DNA of 64,000 nucleotides from NCBI GenBank assembly GCA_964550455.1, contig CAZJZG010000008.1, positions 12,486 through 76,485 of the forward strand. The letters are read 5' to 3'. The first letter of the stretch is position 1. Each line of letters begins with the position of its first letter. The notes under the pieces are model-generated. The model was not told where the DNA came from and did not search any database. It was given only the letters and a program-made list of their open reading frames with translations. Made by a program: the position numbers and the translations under genes. The DNA comes from an uncultured Bacteroidales bacterium. GTDB lineage: Bacteria; Bacteroidota; Bacteroidia; Bacteroidales; JAAYJT01. Of the stretch, positions 1 to 9,087 are shown one piece after another.

Positions 1-294
1 TAAAACAATAATAGCCACTTTCATCTGTCGGACACTGATTTTCCCGCTCTGAACGGTTCTTTGTGGTCCTACCCGGTGTATATTATCAACTCCATGAGAT
101 GAATCACCATAATCATTTGCGAGATTTGAAAGAATTTGAAGGAAAAGTGTTGTTAGCAGCGCAAGAATAAAAACCGTCCAGTTTGTTACTCCATCAAAAT
201 AAGCGATAAAACCTCCAAGCAAAACGGTTGAAAGCGCTAAAGGCAGTGTACGTAGCCTGAAAGCAGAAATCCAGTATTTGAGTTTTAACGACAC
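1..294 (-). CDS. menA: 1,4-dihydroxy-2-naphthoate octaprenyltransferase (UbiA family), 5' part, runs off window start
   Basis: Manual translation from GTG at 294: MSLKLKYWISAFRLRTLPLALSTVLLGG...LQILSNLANDYGDSSHGVDN...VGPQRTVQSG. It has the RxRTLP and NxxNDYxD motifs of MenA and lies downstream of menB. Confidence 0.93.
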   Translation of the reverse strand, partial: MSLKLKYWISAFRLRTLPLALSTVLLGGFIAYFDGVTNWTVFILALLTTLFLQILSNLANDYGDSSHGVDNIHRVGPQRTVQSGKISVRQMKVAIIVL

Positions 295-350
295 CTAAGT
301 TACAATTATTTGAACCTCAATCCTTATTGAGCTTGTGAATATTCGGGTTG

Positions 351-358
351 CAAAAATA
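351..358 (-). promoter_or_regulatory. Bacteroidota -7 promoter element (TATTTTTG) upstream of menA
   Basis: Matches TAnnTTTG on the minus strand about 55 bp upstream of the menA start. Confidence 0.5.
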
Positions 359-607
359 CATGTATAACATGAATTTAAGGTATATTAATAGATTCAGATT
401 GAATAAAAATTTGAATTCAGGACTTCGGAAAATTAATCATGTATGCAGATAGTAGAAAAGCGAAGATTTAATGTGCAAAACACCAAGCGCTATTCTGGTT
501 TCCGGATTCAGAGAATGATTAATTAATTTTAGGGCAGCCATTTACAAAATCAAATGACCTGATAAAAGCAAATCAGCAATATTATCAACGGTTTACTATC
601 AACTCTG

Positions 608-1432
608 CTATGGGAACTTCGGGTATTTTTGAAAATCCGGTTTTCGTTTTTCAAGAAAAGCATTTTTCCCTTCCTGAGCTTCTTCGGTCAGATAATACAA
701 TAATGTAGCATTACCTGCTAATTCCTGTAAACCAGCCTGTCCGTCCAATTCAGCATTCAAACAATATTTGATCATACGTATTGCCAGAGGGCTATTCTGC
801 ATAATGTCCCTGCACCATTCAACCACCTCATCTTCAAGACATTCAAGTGCAACTACTTTGTTTACCAAACCCATTTCAAGAGCTTCCTTAGCTGAGTACT
901 GTCGGCACAAAAACCATATTTCCCTTGCTTTTTTCTGACCCACAACTCGGGCAAGATATGATGAACCAAAACCTCCATCGAAACTGCCAACTTTAGGTCC
1001 AACCTGACCAAAAATTGCGTTTTCAGATGCAATACTAAGATCGCAAACCACATGCAAAACATGTCCTCCGCCAATAGCATATCCGTTTACCATTGCAATG
1101 ACCGGTTTGGGAATAGACCGGATAAGTTTCTGAAGATCAAGCACATTCAATCTTGGCACCCCATCTTTGCCAATATAACCACCGTGACCTTTTACATTCT
1201 GGTCGCCTCCGCTGCAAAACGCCTTATCGCCTGCACCGGTTATTACCACAACTCCAATATCATTATTTTCACGGCAATGATGCATGGCATCAATCATTTC
1301 CTTAATTGTATCAGGAGTAAAGGCATTACGATAACGCGGACGGTTTATGGTAATACGGGCAATTCCTTCGAAAAAATCAAACATGATCTCTTCATATTCT
1401 TTTATGGTTGTCCAATCTCGTTTTTCAGTCAT
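608..1432 (-). CDS. menB: 1,4-dihydroxy-2-naphthoyl-CoA synthase
   Basis: Crotonase fold with [40 protein letters not shown] and C-terminal [21 protein letters not shown] overlap with menD. Confidence 0.97.
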   Translation of the reverse strand: MTEKRDWTTIKEYEEIMFDFFEGIARITINRPRYRNAFTPDTIKEMIDAMHHCRENNDIGVVVITGAGDKAFCSGGDQNVKGHGGYIGKDGVPRLNVLDLQKLIRSIPKPVIAMVNGYAIGGGHVLHVVCDLSIASENAIFGQVGPKVGSFDGGFGSSYLARVVGQKKAREIWFLCRQYSAKEALEMGLVNKVVALECLEDEVVEWCRDIMQNSPLAIRMIKYCLNAELDGQAGLQELAGNATLLYYLTEEAQEGKNAFLEKRKPDFQKYPKFP

Positions 1433-3114
1433 GATCTCAAAAAATTAAAGTATTCTCTTAATATTGAAGCACTTATCTTGTTCACAGTTTTAATTTCAAG
1501 TAACGCAGGCATTGAAATATTGCTATTCAAAAACTCAGGAAGACAGTTTTTAAGGGTTTCTGAGTCAAAAGCCTGAAAATATTTCAGTCCGAACATTTCT
1601 GCAAGATATTTAATTTCAGGAACATACGGAGTTTCAATATAGGTTTCCATTTCTGGCATAGTATCAGGTCCTTCAATGATCCGGAAAATATTTCCACCTC
1701 CATTATTCATAACAATAATCCTAAGGTTCGGAGTAAGGTTATTATTCCACAACGCATTTGAATCATACAAAAACGCAATATCTCCGCTAAAAAGCACAGT
1801 AAGGGCACTATTTGCCCATGCCGCTCCTGCTGCAGTGGAAGTACATCCGTCAATTCCGCTAACTCCACGATTTCCGAAACATATTGTCTGCCCGGGTGCA
1901 TCAAAAAGCTGCAGATAGCGTACAGGAGTACTGTTACCTGCCTGGATCAGTGTCCCGTGAGGTATATGATCAAGTATGATTTCAAAAGCTTTTAGATCTG
2001 ACCATGAGTAGTTTTTCAAAAATTCTTTGTGTCTTGAAGCTCTCTTACCATGTTGTTCAAGCCATAGCTCACGATAACTACCTTTTGATTTCCGGATAAG
2101 AGGAAGAAAATCCCCAAAAAATGTTTCTGCTTTTACAGGGATGGTATGGCTAAGGCTTTTAAATGTATCAACATGAATATTCACGGGAGCAATGTGCCAG
2201 TGTGTTTTAGGCTTGTACCGCCTCAGCCATGCTTTTACTTTTCGTGAAACTATATGCCCGCCAATTGTAAGTAATAAATCCGGAATAAATTCGTGATCTG
2301 AGTTTTTTTCAAAACCGTCTATCAGACGGTCAATATTTTGCAAGAAGTATCTGCCATGCAAGTTTGAAGTTGACTCAGTAAGAACAACTGTTCCGGGATC
2401 TTCTGCCAACTGGTTTAAAGCCTGGTTCAAATCCGGATTTGGCGCAAGCATTCCGGCTATTACAAGCTTTGAACCTGTATTGTTCCATATATCTGCAAAT
2501 ATTTCAAGATCACTGTAACTGACTTTTGGTATGGTTCTTACCAACTGCATCAGAGATACCTCAGGCTGAGCAACGGTTTCTTCCTTATAAAGCGGCTCAC
2601 TGAGCGGGATATTTATATGAACCGGACCATCCACCGGAAACGTACAGGCATCAATGGCATCATTTATCAGCCTTGCGTTGTAACGAAGAGTGCTCTCGTT
2701 CCATGGTTCTGAAGGCAATTGTACACTTTTGCGGATATAATTAGAATACAAGCTATTTTGATTTATAGCCTGTCCATCGCCCTGGTCAATCCACTCAGGT
2801 GGACGATCGGCTGTAAGAATAAGAAGCGGAACCATCTGATAATATGCTTCTGCAATGGCAGGAGCATAGTTCAGTGCGGCAGTTCCCGAAGTGCATGCAA
2901 TTGCAACCGGAACCCTTTTCTGCTGTGCAATCCCAAGTGCAAAATAAGCTGCCGAACGTTCATCAACTACACTTAAACACTGAATTCCCTGACGGTTCAG
3001 GGCAGCAATAAGCGGTGCATTACGCGATCCGGGAGATACGACAGCAATATTAATGCCTTTGGCAGAAAGCAAACCGGCAAGTTGTATAAGTGATTCTTTG
3101 CCCTTGTACTGCAT
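1429..3114 (-). CDS. menD: SEPHCHC synthase (ThDP-dependent)
   Basis: [48 protein letters not shown] and [10 protein letters not shown] motifs. Confidence 0.96.
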   Translation of the reverse strand: MQYKGKESLIQLAGLLSAKGINIAVVSPGSRNAPLIAALNRQGIQCLSVVDERSAAYFALGIAQQKRVPVAIACTSGTAALNYAPAIAEAYYQMVPLLILTADRPPEWIDQGDGQAINQNSLYSNYIRKSVQLPSEPWNESTLRYNARLINDAIDACTFPVDGPVHINIPLSEPLYKEETVAQPEVSLMQLVRTIPKVSYSDLEIFADIWNNTGSKLVIAGMLAPNPDLNQALNQLAEDPGTVVLTESTSNLHGRYFLQNIDRLIDGFEKNSDHEFIPDLLLTIGGHIVSRKVKAWLRRYKPKTHWHIAPVNIHVDTFKSLSHTIPVKAETFFGDFLPLIRKSKGSYRELWLEQHGKRASRHKEFLKNYSWSDLKAFEIILDHIPHGTLIQAGNSTPVRYLQLFDAPGQTICFGNRGVSGIDGCTSTAAGAAWANSALTVLFSGDIAFLYDSNALWNNNLTPNLRIIVMNNGGGNIFRIIEGPDTMPEMETYIETPYVPEIKYLAEMFGLKYFQAFDSETLKNCLPEFLNSNISMPALLEIKTVNKISASILREYFNFLRS

Positions 3115-3124
3115 GAAAAAATAT

Positions 3125-4222
3125 TTAAAGTGCTAATTTCTGTATTTTTTCTATAATAGCCATCAAAGTTAGGGCTTTCAATTCGGTTTCCTGCCATTCT
3201 TTTTCAGGAACCGAATCAGATGTTATGCCTCCTCCGACATATAAAACCATTTGCTCCTGTGAAATTTTCATGCAACGTAGATTTACAAACAATTCTGTTC
3301 TTTTTTCGAAACCAACAGGACCCAGAAATCCGGTATAGTATTCCCTGTCGTGCTTTTCAAATTGCTCTATCAGTTGCAAGGCTTTTTCGCGAGGCATACC
3401 ACAAACTGCCGGTGTTGGATGTAATGATTCTGCCAATAGCCCCAGTTTTGAAAGATGAGAGATATCAAAATGAAAAGTAGTACATAAATGCTCAACCTGA
3501 CCAGCAGCCATGGTAAAAGGCGCTGAAATGTCAATGTTTCCAGGATTCAGTGATTGGATTTTTTCATTAATGAACCTGGTAACAATAGCCTGCTCTTCAA
3601 TTTCTTTATCACCCCATGTTCCTTTAGAACCTACAGGGCGTGTGCCGGCAAGTGACATAGTTGTGCAATTATTGCCTGTACAGGATATCAAAGTTTCGGG
3701 AGTGGCTCCTATCCAGGTTCCATAAGGCGGAAAATGTACCAGATAAACAAAAGCAGAGGGATATTTCAGGCATAGGTCCCTGTATAGGGCGGGCAACCTC
3801 GTTAAAGAAATACTTTCGGTAATAATAGTTCGGGAAAGCACGACTTTATCAGCAATGCCGGCTTTGTGCTGCAAAATGAGTTCTTCAAGATTGTGCAAAT
3901 ATTCATTTTTGGAGATCTGGTAAGATATTTCATTGCTACTTTGAAAATTTAATACAGGCTTGGCGTCTAAGAAGCTAAAGCCATGATTCTCAACATTTTC
4001 AATGAGCGTAGTTTCTTGTAAAAATAATAAAGGGTATTTTTCAGATGGTTTAAAAGGAGAAAAAATAAAACCATTCTTTTCCACCCACTGTTCATTATCT
4101 ATAATTTCCAGATTCCCACCCATAAAAACAGAAGAGTCTCTATCGGGAAGCCGAAAAAATACCCATGCAGGCAGATTTTCAAATGTTTTGTTCTGAACCT
4201 GAATTTTAGCCCTGCTGTTCAC
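3125..4222 (-). CDS. menF: Isochorismate synthase (chorismate-binding enzyme)
   Basis: WIGATPETL, SLAGT, KEIEEQ, LHPTPAVCG, REYYTGFLG and YVGGGITSDS motifs; directly upstream of menD. Confidence 0.9.
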   Translation of the reverse strand: MNSRAKIQVQNKTFENLPAWVFFRLPDRDSSVFMGGNLEIIDNEQWVEKNGFIFSPFKPSEKYPLLFLQETTLIENVENHGFSFLDAKPVLNFQSSNEISYQISKNEYLHNLEELILQHKAGIADKVVLSRTIITESISLTRLPALYRDLCLKYPSAFVYLVHFPPYGTWIGATPETLISCTGNNCTTMSLAGTRPVGSKGTWGDKEIEEQAIVTRFINEKIQSLNPGNIDISAPFTMAAGQVEHLCTTFHFDISHLSKLGLLAESLHPTPAVCGMPREKALQLIEQFEKHDREYYTGFLGPVGFEKRTELFVNLRCMKISQEQMVLYVGGGITSDSVPEKEWQETELKALTLMAIIEKIQKLAL

Positions 4223-4325
4223 AACAATATTATTTTTTATAAAAAGGAATCGGATTTCCTACCAGTTCTGATTCAGAAAATGCTTAACAAATTCAAATTT
4301 TTCGAACCTGTAAGAACTGCCAATC

Positions 4326-4664
4326 CTATAATAATCTGGTTGTAGTTGTTGGTTTTGGAACCTTAACCACCATAATTCTTGCAATAGTGTCCGACTCGTT
4401 GTACAGACAGTGGACGATGTCTTTCGGACTTTCGACCAGAAGTCCGGCATTAATAGTCTGTCTTTCTTTTCCTACCATGATATCGGGAGTTCCTTCAAGT
4501 ACAAAAAAGAATACATCAACCGGCGTAATATGTGGTTTAAGCTTCTCACCCGGTTGAAGGGTAATGTGCATTACCTGAGCATCAGCAGTATCATACAATT
4601 GTCTGACATCTACCTTGTGAGGAGTATCCTTTATTTCCTGAGTTCTCCAATCTGTTATTTTCAT
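4326..4664 (-). CDS. Cupin-domain protein
   Basis: 112 aa with cupin beta-barrel pattern (LQPGEKLKPHITPVDVFFFVLEG...PKDIVHCLYN). Confidence 0.8.
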   Translation of the reverse strand: MKITDWRTQEIKDTPHKVDVRQLYDTADAQVMHITLQPGEKLKPHITPVDVFFFVLEGTPDIMVGKERQTINAGLLVESPKDIVHCLYNESDTIARIMVVKVPKPTTTTRLL

Positions 4665-4711
4665 TTCAACAATTCATTAAATATTAATATTCAGCACATT
4701 AACCTTAAATA

Positions 4712-5131
4712 TCATTTCCTTTTTTCTATTATCATCACTGTCAGCCTTGAAACACAAATCAAATGCTGCTCATCGTCAGTAATACGTATTTCCCATACAT
4801 GAAGCTTACGACTCCTTGCTATAATTGTTGCTTTGCCAAGCACAAAACCCTCAGTGGCTTTTCGCAGGTGGTTGGCGTTGATCTCAATTCCCACCGCAGC
4901 ATGGGTTTCATTGTTTATCAGCAGCATTGAGCCCATGCTACCAAGAGTTTCGGCAAGTGCAGCACTGGCACCACCATGAAGCAGCCCTGCCGGTTGCCTG
5001 GTACGATGGTCAACAGGCATGCTTCCGCAGATATAATCAGCGCCCAGCTCAGTATATTCAATATTCATTTGTTCCATCATTGTGCCTTTATTCATGGCAT
5101 TCAGTTCAGAGAGGCTAATTTGTGGCAACAT
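4712..5131 (-). CDS. menI: Hotdog-fold (PaaI) thioesterase, likely DHNA-CoA hydrolase
   Basis: MPVDHRTRQPAGLLHGGASAALAETLGS and GIEINANHL motifs typical of YdiI/MenI; inside the men cluster. Confidence 0.8.
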   Translation of the reverse strand: MLPQISLSELNAMNKGTMMEQMNIEYTELGADYICGSMPVDHRTRQPAGLLHGGASAALAETLGSMGSMLLINNETHAAVGIEINANHLRKATEGFVLGKATIIARSRKLHVWEIRITDDEQHLICVSRLTVMIIEKRK

Positions 5132-5152
5132 ATTGAAATAGTGTTTAATGTT

Positions 5153-6193
5153 TTAAATAATACTCATTTCTCCCCTCAAAGGAATTTGCAGAAGTCTCTC
5201 AATTTCTTTTTTGGTATAACCGCTGCCCAGCAAATACATAAGTTTGGCAATTGCCGATTCAGTAGTTATATCATATCCGCCAACAACACCAATTTTTCCA
5301 AGCTCAATACTGGTTTCGTATTTTCCTATCTCCACTGAACCACCTTTGCATTGTGTAACATTAAAAATTATAAGGTCCTTTTGTTCAATGGCATATTTCA
5401 GAGCTTTTATAAACCATACATCAGTCGGAGCGTTACCCGCGCCATAAGTCTCTAATATCAAAGCCCTTAATCCTTCAACCTCAATCATTGATCTTACAAC
5501 TTTTTCAGTAATGCCAGGAAACAGTTTTAAGATGGCAACATTGGAATCAAGCTTTTTATGAACCTTAAGTTTTTTAAAATTGGGTTTTTGAATATATGCC
5601 TCATTATAGCGGATATGAACCCCTACTTCCGCCAGAGGTGGGTAATTGCCCGATAAAAAAGCGTCGAAGTTTTCTGCATTGAACTTATTGGTACGATTTC
5701 CACGAAACAAACGGTTCTCAAAATAAATAACCACTTCAGGTACTATAGGCGCATTATCGGTTTGAGCTGAAGCTATCTCAATAGCATTAATAAAATTTTC
5801 ACGCCCATCGGTTCTTACCATGCCCAAAGGCAATTGAGAACCTGTGAAAACAACAGGTTTATTCAGGTTTTCAAGCATAAAGCTCAGTGCCGAAGCTGAA
5901 TAGGCCATGGTATCAGTACCGTGCAAGACCACAAAACCATCATATTTTTCATAATTTTCTTTAATAACACCGGCCAGTTTAATCCAGAAATCAGGATTTA
6001 CATTTGATGAATCAATTAACTGATCGAACGAGTATATATTAATACAGCAGTTCATATTGGCAAGCACCGGAATGCTATTGTAGAGGTTGTCAAAATCAAA
6101 TGGTTTCAGAGCATTACTCTCAGTATCGAGCACCATGCCGATAGTACCACCGGTATAAATAAGAAGGATTTGTGTTTTTTCAACCATAGTCAT
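5153..6193 (-). CDS. ansA: L-asparaginase type I
   Basis: IYTGGTIGM, LHGTDTMAY, TGSQLP and ETYGAGN catalytic motifs. Confidence 0.95.
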   Translation of the reverse strand: MTMVEKTQILLIYTGGTIGMVLDTESNALKPFDFDNLYNSIPVLANMNCCINIYSFDQLIDSSNVNPDFWIKLAGVIKENYEKYDGFVVLHGTDTMAYSASALSFMLENLNKPVVFTGSQLPLGMVRTDGRENFINAIEIASAQTDNAPIVPEVVIYFENRLFRGNRTNKFNAENFDAFLSGNYPPLAEVGVHIRYNEAYIQKPNFKKLKVHKKLDSNVAILKLFPGITEKVVRSMIEVEGLRALILETYGAGNAPTDVWFIKALKYAIEQKDLIIFNVTQCKGGSVEIGKYETSIELGKIGVVGGYDITTESAIAKLMYLLGSGYTKKEIERLLQIPLRGEMSII

Positions 6194-6978
6194 TAAGTGT
6201 TTTTAGCCGGAAGGGTGTTAAAAACCTGTAAGGCAGTTTTAGTAGTTATTTGGGCAACTGTTGATACGTCAATACCAAAGGTTTCAGCAATATGAGCCGC
6301 AATAAGCGGGATGTATGAGCTTTCGTTACGCTGACCTCTGTAAGGAACAGGACTGATAAACGGAGCATCGGTTTCAAGGACCAGATGTTCCAGTCCTATT
6401 TTGGAAATAGTTTCCTTAAGCTTTGAATTCTTAAATGTAACAACCCCTCCTATTCCAAGTTTGAAACCCATATCAACTATTCGCTTTGCCTGCTCGGGTG
6501 AACCTGAAAAGCAGTGAAAAACTCCTGTAAGGCCTGGATTATTAATTTCTCTTAAGATTAAAATTATCTCATCCATTGATTTACGAGAATGAATTACCAA
6601 TGGAAGCTTGTATTCCAAAGCCAGTTCAATTTGTCTTCTGAACACTTCTTCCTGCTCTTTACGAAAAGTAATATCCCAATAAAAATCAAGACCTATTTCT
6701 CCAACGGCACAATACCCTCCTTTGGCTAATCGGGATTCAATGATCTGTAACTCTTTCTTATAATTTTCTTTTACCGATGTAGGATGCAAACCCATCATAG
6801 GGAAGCAGTTTAAAGGGAAATCATCGCAAAGCCGGTGCATAGGTGTTATGGAACTGCTATCAATATTTGGCAGTAATAAATATTGTACGCCTTTATTTAC
6901 AGCGCGCATTACCACCTCATGACGGTCGTTGTCAAAGGCATTAAGATATAAATGAGTATGGGTATCAACGTAAAACAT
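6193..6978 (-). CDS. tatD: TatD-family hydrolase/DNase
   Basis: DTHTHL, GLHP, VGEIGLD, HSR, HCF and ETDAP motifs. Start moved to ATG 6978 (MFYVDTH) because the upstream in-frame ATG lies in the 98-bp duplicated segment. Confidence 0.93.
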   Translation of the reverse strand: MFYVDTHTHLYLNAFDNDRHEVVMRAVNKGVQYLLLPNIDSSSITPMHRLCDDFPLNCFPMMGLHPTSVKENYKKELQIIESRLAKGGYCAVGEIGLDFYWDITFRKEQEEVFRRQIELALEYKLPLVIHSRKSMDEIILILREINNPGLTGVFHCFSGSPEQAKRIVDMGFKLGIGGVVTFKNSKLKETISKIGLEHLVLETDAPFISPVPYRGQRNESSYIPLIAAHIAETFGIDVSTVAQITTKTALQVFNTLPAKNT

Positions 6979-6983
6979 GGGTG

Positions 6984-6991
6984 CAAAAATA
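6984..6991 (-). promoter_or_regulatory. -7 promoter element (TATTTTTG) 6 nt upstream of the tatD ATG
   Basis: TAnnTTTG match; spacing implies a nearly leaderless transcript. Confidence 0.5.
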
Positions 6992-7004
6992 GCAGAATTG
7001 CCAG

Positions 7005-7102
7005 TATCATGCAAAAAGCAGCAAACTTACTGACATAACTACCATTCCTGCTATTACTCCGTAAACTGTTAAATGATGTTCGCCGTATTCGCGTGCTGTT
7101 GG
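7005..7102. repeat. 98-bp direct repeat, copy 1 (duplicate of the zupT 3' end)
   Basis: tatcatgcaaaaagcagc...cgcgtgctgttgg is identical, by base-by-base reading, to 8261-8358. Confidence 0.97.
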
Positions 7103-7253
7103 ACTGCTTACTTTATTTATCAATGATTGATACCTGATAATCAAACTATTATCAAGGGAATACAGATTGTGAAATATTAAAACACAAAAGTAATTATGAT
7201 TATTTCATTTGAAGATTTTCGTAAAGTTTTAGACCTGAAATGCAAAATTCGCT

Positions 7254-7337
7254 TTCAATGTTTTCATCTATAATTGATGTACAATGTTTTGTACTGAATA
7301 CGATATGAATACAATTCTTTACAAGCAATTGATCCAT
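7254..7337 (-). pseudogene. tnpA: Truncated 5' fragment of a second tnpA copy
   Basis: MDQLLVKNCIHIVFSTKHCTSIIDENIE parallels the first 28 residues of the intact TnpA. Segment 7254-7433 aligns ungapped to 8016-8195 with 13 mismatches in 180 bp (manual count). Confidence 0.88.
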
Positions 7338-7351
7338 AACTTTAATATTAC

Positions 7352-7639
7352 GCCCTTTCAGGGCTTTGTTTTGACATACGTTTATAATCACAGGACTTCG
7401 TCCTGAGCTAATATATTACGCCCTTTCAGGGCTTTGTTTTAATATCCTGTTTATAATCACAGAACTATGTCTTGGGCTAAGTTATTTTGCCCTTTCAGGG
7501 CAATGTTTTGATATCCGGAAATTATCACAGGATTTTGGCCTTGGCTGGTATATCTAGCCCTGAAAGGGCTGAATACATCACCACAGGGAATTTACCCTGT
7601 GGATTTTCAATATTACTACTAACTAAGCCCTGAAGGGGC
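7352..7639. repeat. REP/BIME-like array: five GCCCTGAAAGGGC-type hairpins at 68-70 bp spacing with interleaved second hairpins
   Basis: gccctttcagggc at 7352, 7420 and 7489; gccctgaaagggc at 7557; gccctgaaggggc at 7627. Second hairpins caggac-ttc-gtcctg (7391-7405) and ccacaggg...ccctgtgg (7581-7602). Confidence 0.9.
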
Positions 7640-7646
7640 GTAATGC

Positions 7647-8099
7647 CTAATCCCACAGATATCGCTCATCATATTCCATTTTATAATTTTTTAAAAAAGC
7701 CAGATATTCATCCTGAAAAGACTTTTTTTGATGATGATTTCTTTGATTCGCAATATAATCATTAACTTTATCAATATCTTTTGGGTTAACCGAAAATGCC
7801 CCGTAACCATTCTGCCAGTAGAATTTTTTAAATTTATCATCTTTTGTCTTTATCCACTTTGAACTATGTGATTTTAGTTCCTCAAGTAGTTTCATTAGTG
7901 CCACTTTCTTTGAAAGCATGCAAAGTATATGAACATGATTGGTATACCCGCCTATTTTTATGGGATGACATTCCATTTTTTTGCAAATACCACCTAAATA
8001 AGCATACAATTCACCTTCAATGTTTTCATCTATAATTGATGCACAATATTTTGTGCTGAATACGATATGAATATAATTCTTTACAAGCGATTGACCCAT
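7647..8099 (-). CDS. tnpA: IS200/IS605-family Y1 (HUH) transposase / REP-associated tyrosine transposase-like
   Basis: MGQSLVKNYIHIVFSTK, HUH motif NHVHIL, LKSHSSKW, FYWQNGYGAFSV, catalytic Tyr in YIANQ, FQDEY. True start ATG 8099 (150 aa). Confidence 0.95.
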   Translation of the reverse strand: MGQSLVKNYIHIVFSTKYCASIIDENIEGELYAYLGGICKKMECHPIKIGGYTNHVHILCMLSKKVALMKLLEELKSHSSKWIKTKDDKFKKFYWQNGYGAFSVNPKDIDKVNDYIANQRNHHQKKSFQDEYLAFLKNYKMEYDERYLWD

Positions 8100-8113
8100 G
8101 ACTTTAATATTAC

Positions 8114-8194
8114 GCCCTTTCAGGGCTTTGTTTTGATATACGTTTATAATCACAGGACTATGTCCTGAGCTGATATATTTTGCCCTTTCAGGGC
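8114..8194. repeat. REP-like doublet upstream of tnpA
   Basis: gccctttcagggc at 8114 and 8182 (68 bp apart) with caggac-tat-gtcctg (8153-8167) between them. Confidence 0.9.
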
Positions 8195-8260
8195 TATAAT
8201 TCATTATCAATATTATTTTTACACTATTGAAACTTTTTCACAAAATACTTTTGGTATAAA

Positions 8261-8358
8261 TATCATGCAAAAAGCAGCAAACTTACTGACATAACTACCA
8301 TTCCTGCTATTACTCCGTAAACTGTTAAATGATGTTCGCCGTATTCGCGTGCTGTTGG
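8261..8358. repeat. 98-bp direct repeat, copy 2 (in-frame 3' end of zupT)
   Basis: Identical to 7005-7102; encodes the last 31 codons and the stop of the ZIP gene. Confidence 0.97.
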
Positions 8359-9087
8359 CAGCAGGTTATCAATTGAAATAAACACCATGATACCTGCTAC
8401 GGCGGCAAAAAGCACTCCAAAAACAATTTGATTGATGAATGGCAGAAGTATAAGAAACCCTATCAAAGCTCCTAATGGTTCGGCAAGACCGGAATAAAAT
8501 GAAAGTCTGAACGCCTTACCTCGATCACCAGTTCCGTAAAAAACAGGAATAGCCACGGCAATACCTTCAGGAATATTATGAATTGCGATAGCTATAGCGA
8601 TAGGAATACCAAGATTAATATCGACAAGGGCTGATGTAAATGTTGCCAGCCCTTCAGGGAAGTTATGAATTGCAATGGCTATTGCTGAAAACTTTCCGAG
8701 TCTTATAAGGCGGTCTTTCTTTTGTTCAGCAAGCTTTTCCAAATCCATCTCTTCAATTTTATGTATCTCATGTGGGTTTTCTACTTCAGGTACAAATTTG
8801 TCAATCAATCCGATGATAAGCATACCGCCAAAAAAAGCTACGAGAGTAGTTAAATATCCTGCCTGATTTCCCATTTCGGCAGTAAGCATATCTTTTGCTG
8901 TAAAAAATATTTCCACAAATGAAACATAGATCATGATACCGGCTGAAAAACCAAGCGATAGCGAAAGGAAGCGTGTATTGGTTGACCGGGCAAAGTAAGC
9001 TATAGCCCCGCCTATTCCGGTACTTAATCCGGCAAAAAGTGTGAGACCAAAGGCCAGAAGTATATGATTAAGGTCGAAATCATTCAT
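8263..9087 (-). CDS. zupT: ZIP-family zinc/divalent metal transporter
   Basis: Multi-TM protein with IAIHNFPEG, IAIHNIPEG, SGLAEPLGA and AGIMVFIS motifs. Confidence 0.93.
   Translation of the reverse strand: MNDFDLNHILLAFGLTLFAGLSTGIGGAIAYFARSTNTRFLSLSLGFSAGIMIYVSFVEIFFTAKDMLTAEMGNQAGYLTTLVAFFGGMLIIGLIDKFVPEVENPHEIHKIEEMDLEKLAEQKKDRLIRLGKFSAIAIAIHNFPEGLATFTSALVDINLGIPIAIAIAIHNIPEGIAVAIPVFYGTGDRGKAFRLSFYSGLAEPLGALIGFLILLPFINQIVFGVLFAAVAGIMVFISIDNLLPTAREYGEHHLTVYGVIAGMVVMSVSLLLFA

Larger units (their letters stand above)
7103..8260. mobile_element. IS200/Y1-HUH transposase cassette with REP-like hairpin arrays (1158 bp between 98-bp direct repeats)
   Basis: Contains tnpA (7647-8099), a truncated tnpA 5' copy and seven GCCCTGAAAGGGC-type hairpins; bounded by exact direct repeats. 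Confidence 0.8.

Noticed and set aside
300-607. Long menB-menA spacer as a possible riboswitch
   Set aside because: No recognisable aptamer or terminator/antiterminator pair; only a -7 promoter motif.
7200-7391. 63-aa ORF as a real small protein
   Set aside because: It is translated REP sequence, a tnpA fragment and unrelated filler; treated as a pseudogene fragment.
7352-7639. Regularly spaced repeats resembling a CRISPR array
   Set aside because: The repeat core is only 13 bp, the spacers are homologous to each other, polarity flips mid-array, and there are no cas genes. A Y1 transposase is adjacent, so REP/BIME fits better.
8100-8210. 37-aa N-terminal extension of TnpA in the ORF track
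   Set aside because: It is a translation of the upstream hairpin array; family-typical TnpA begins at MGQSL (8099).
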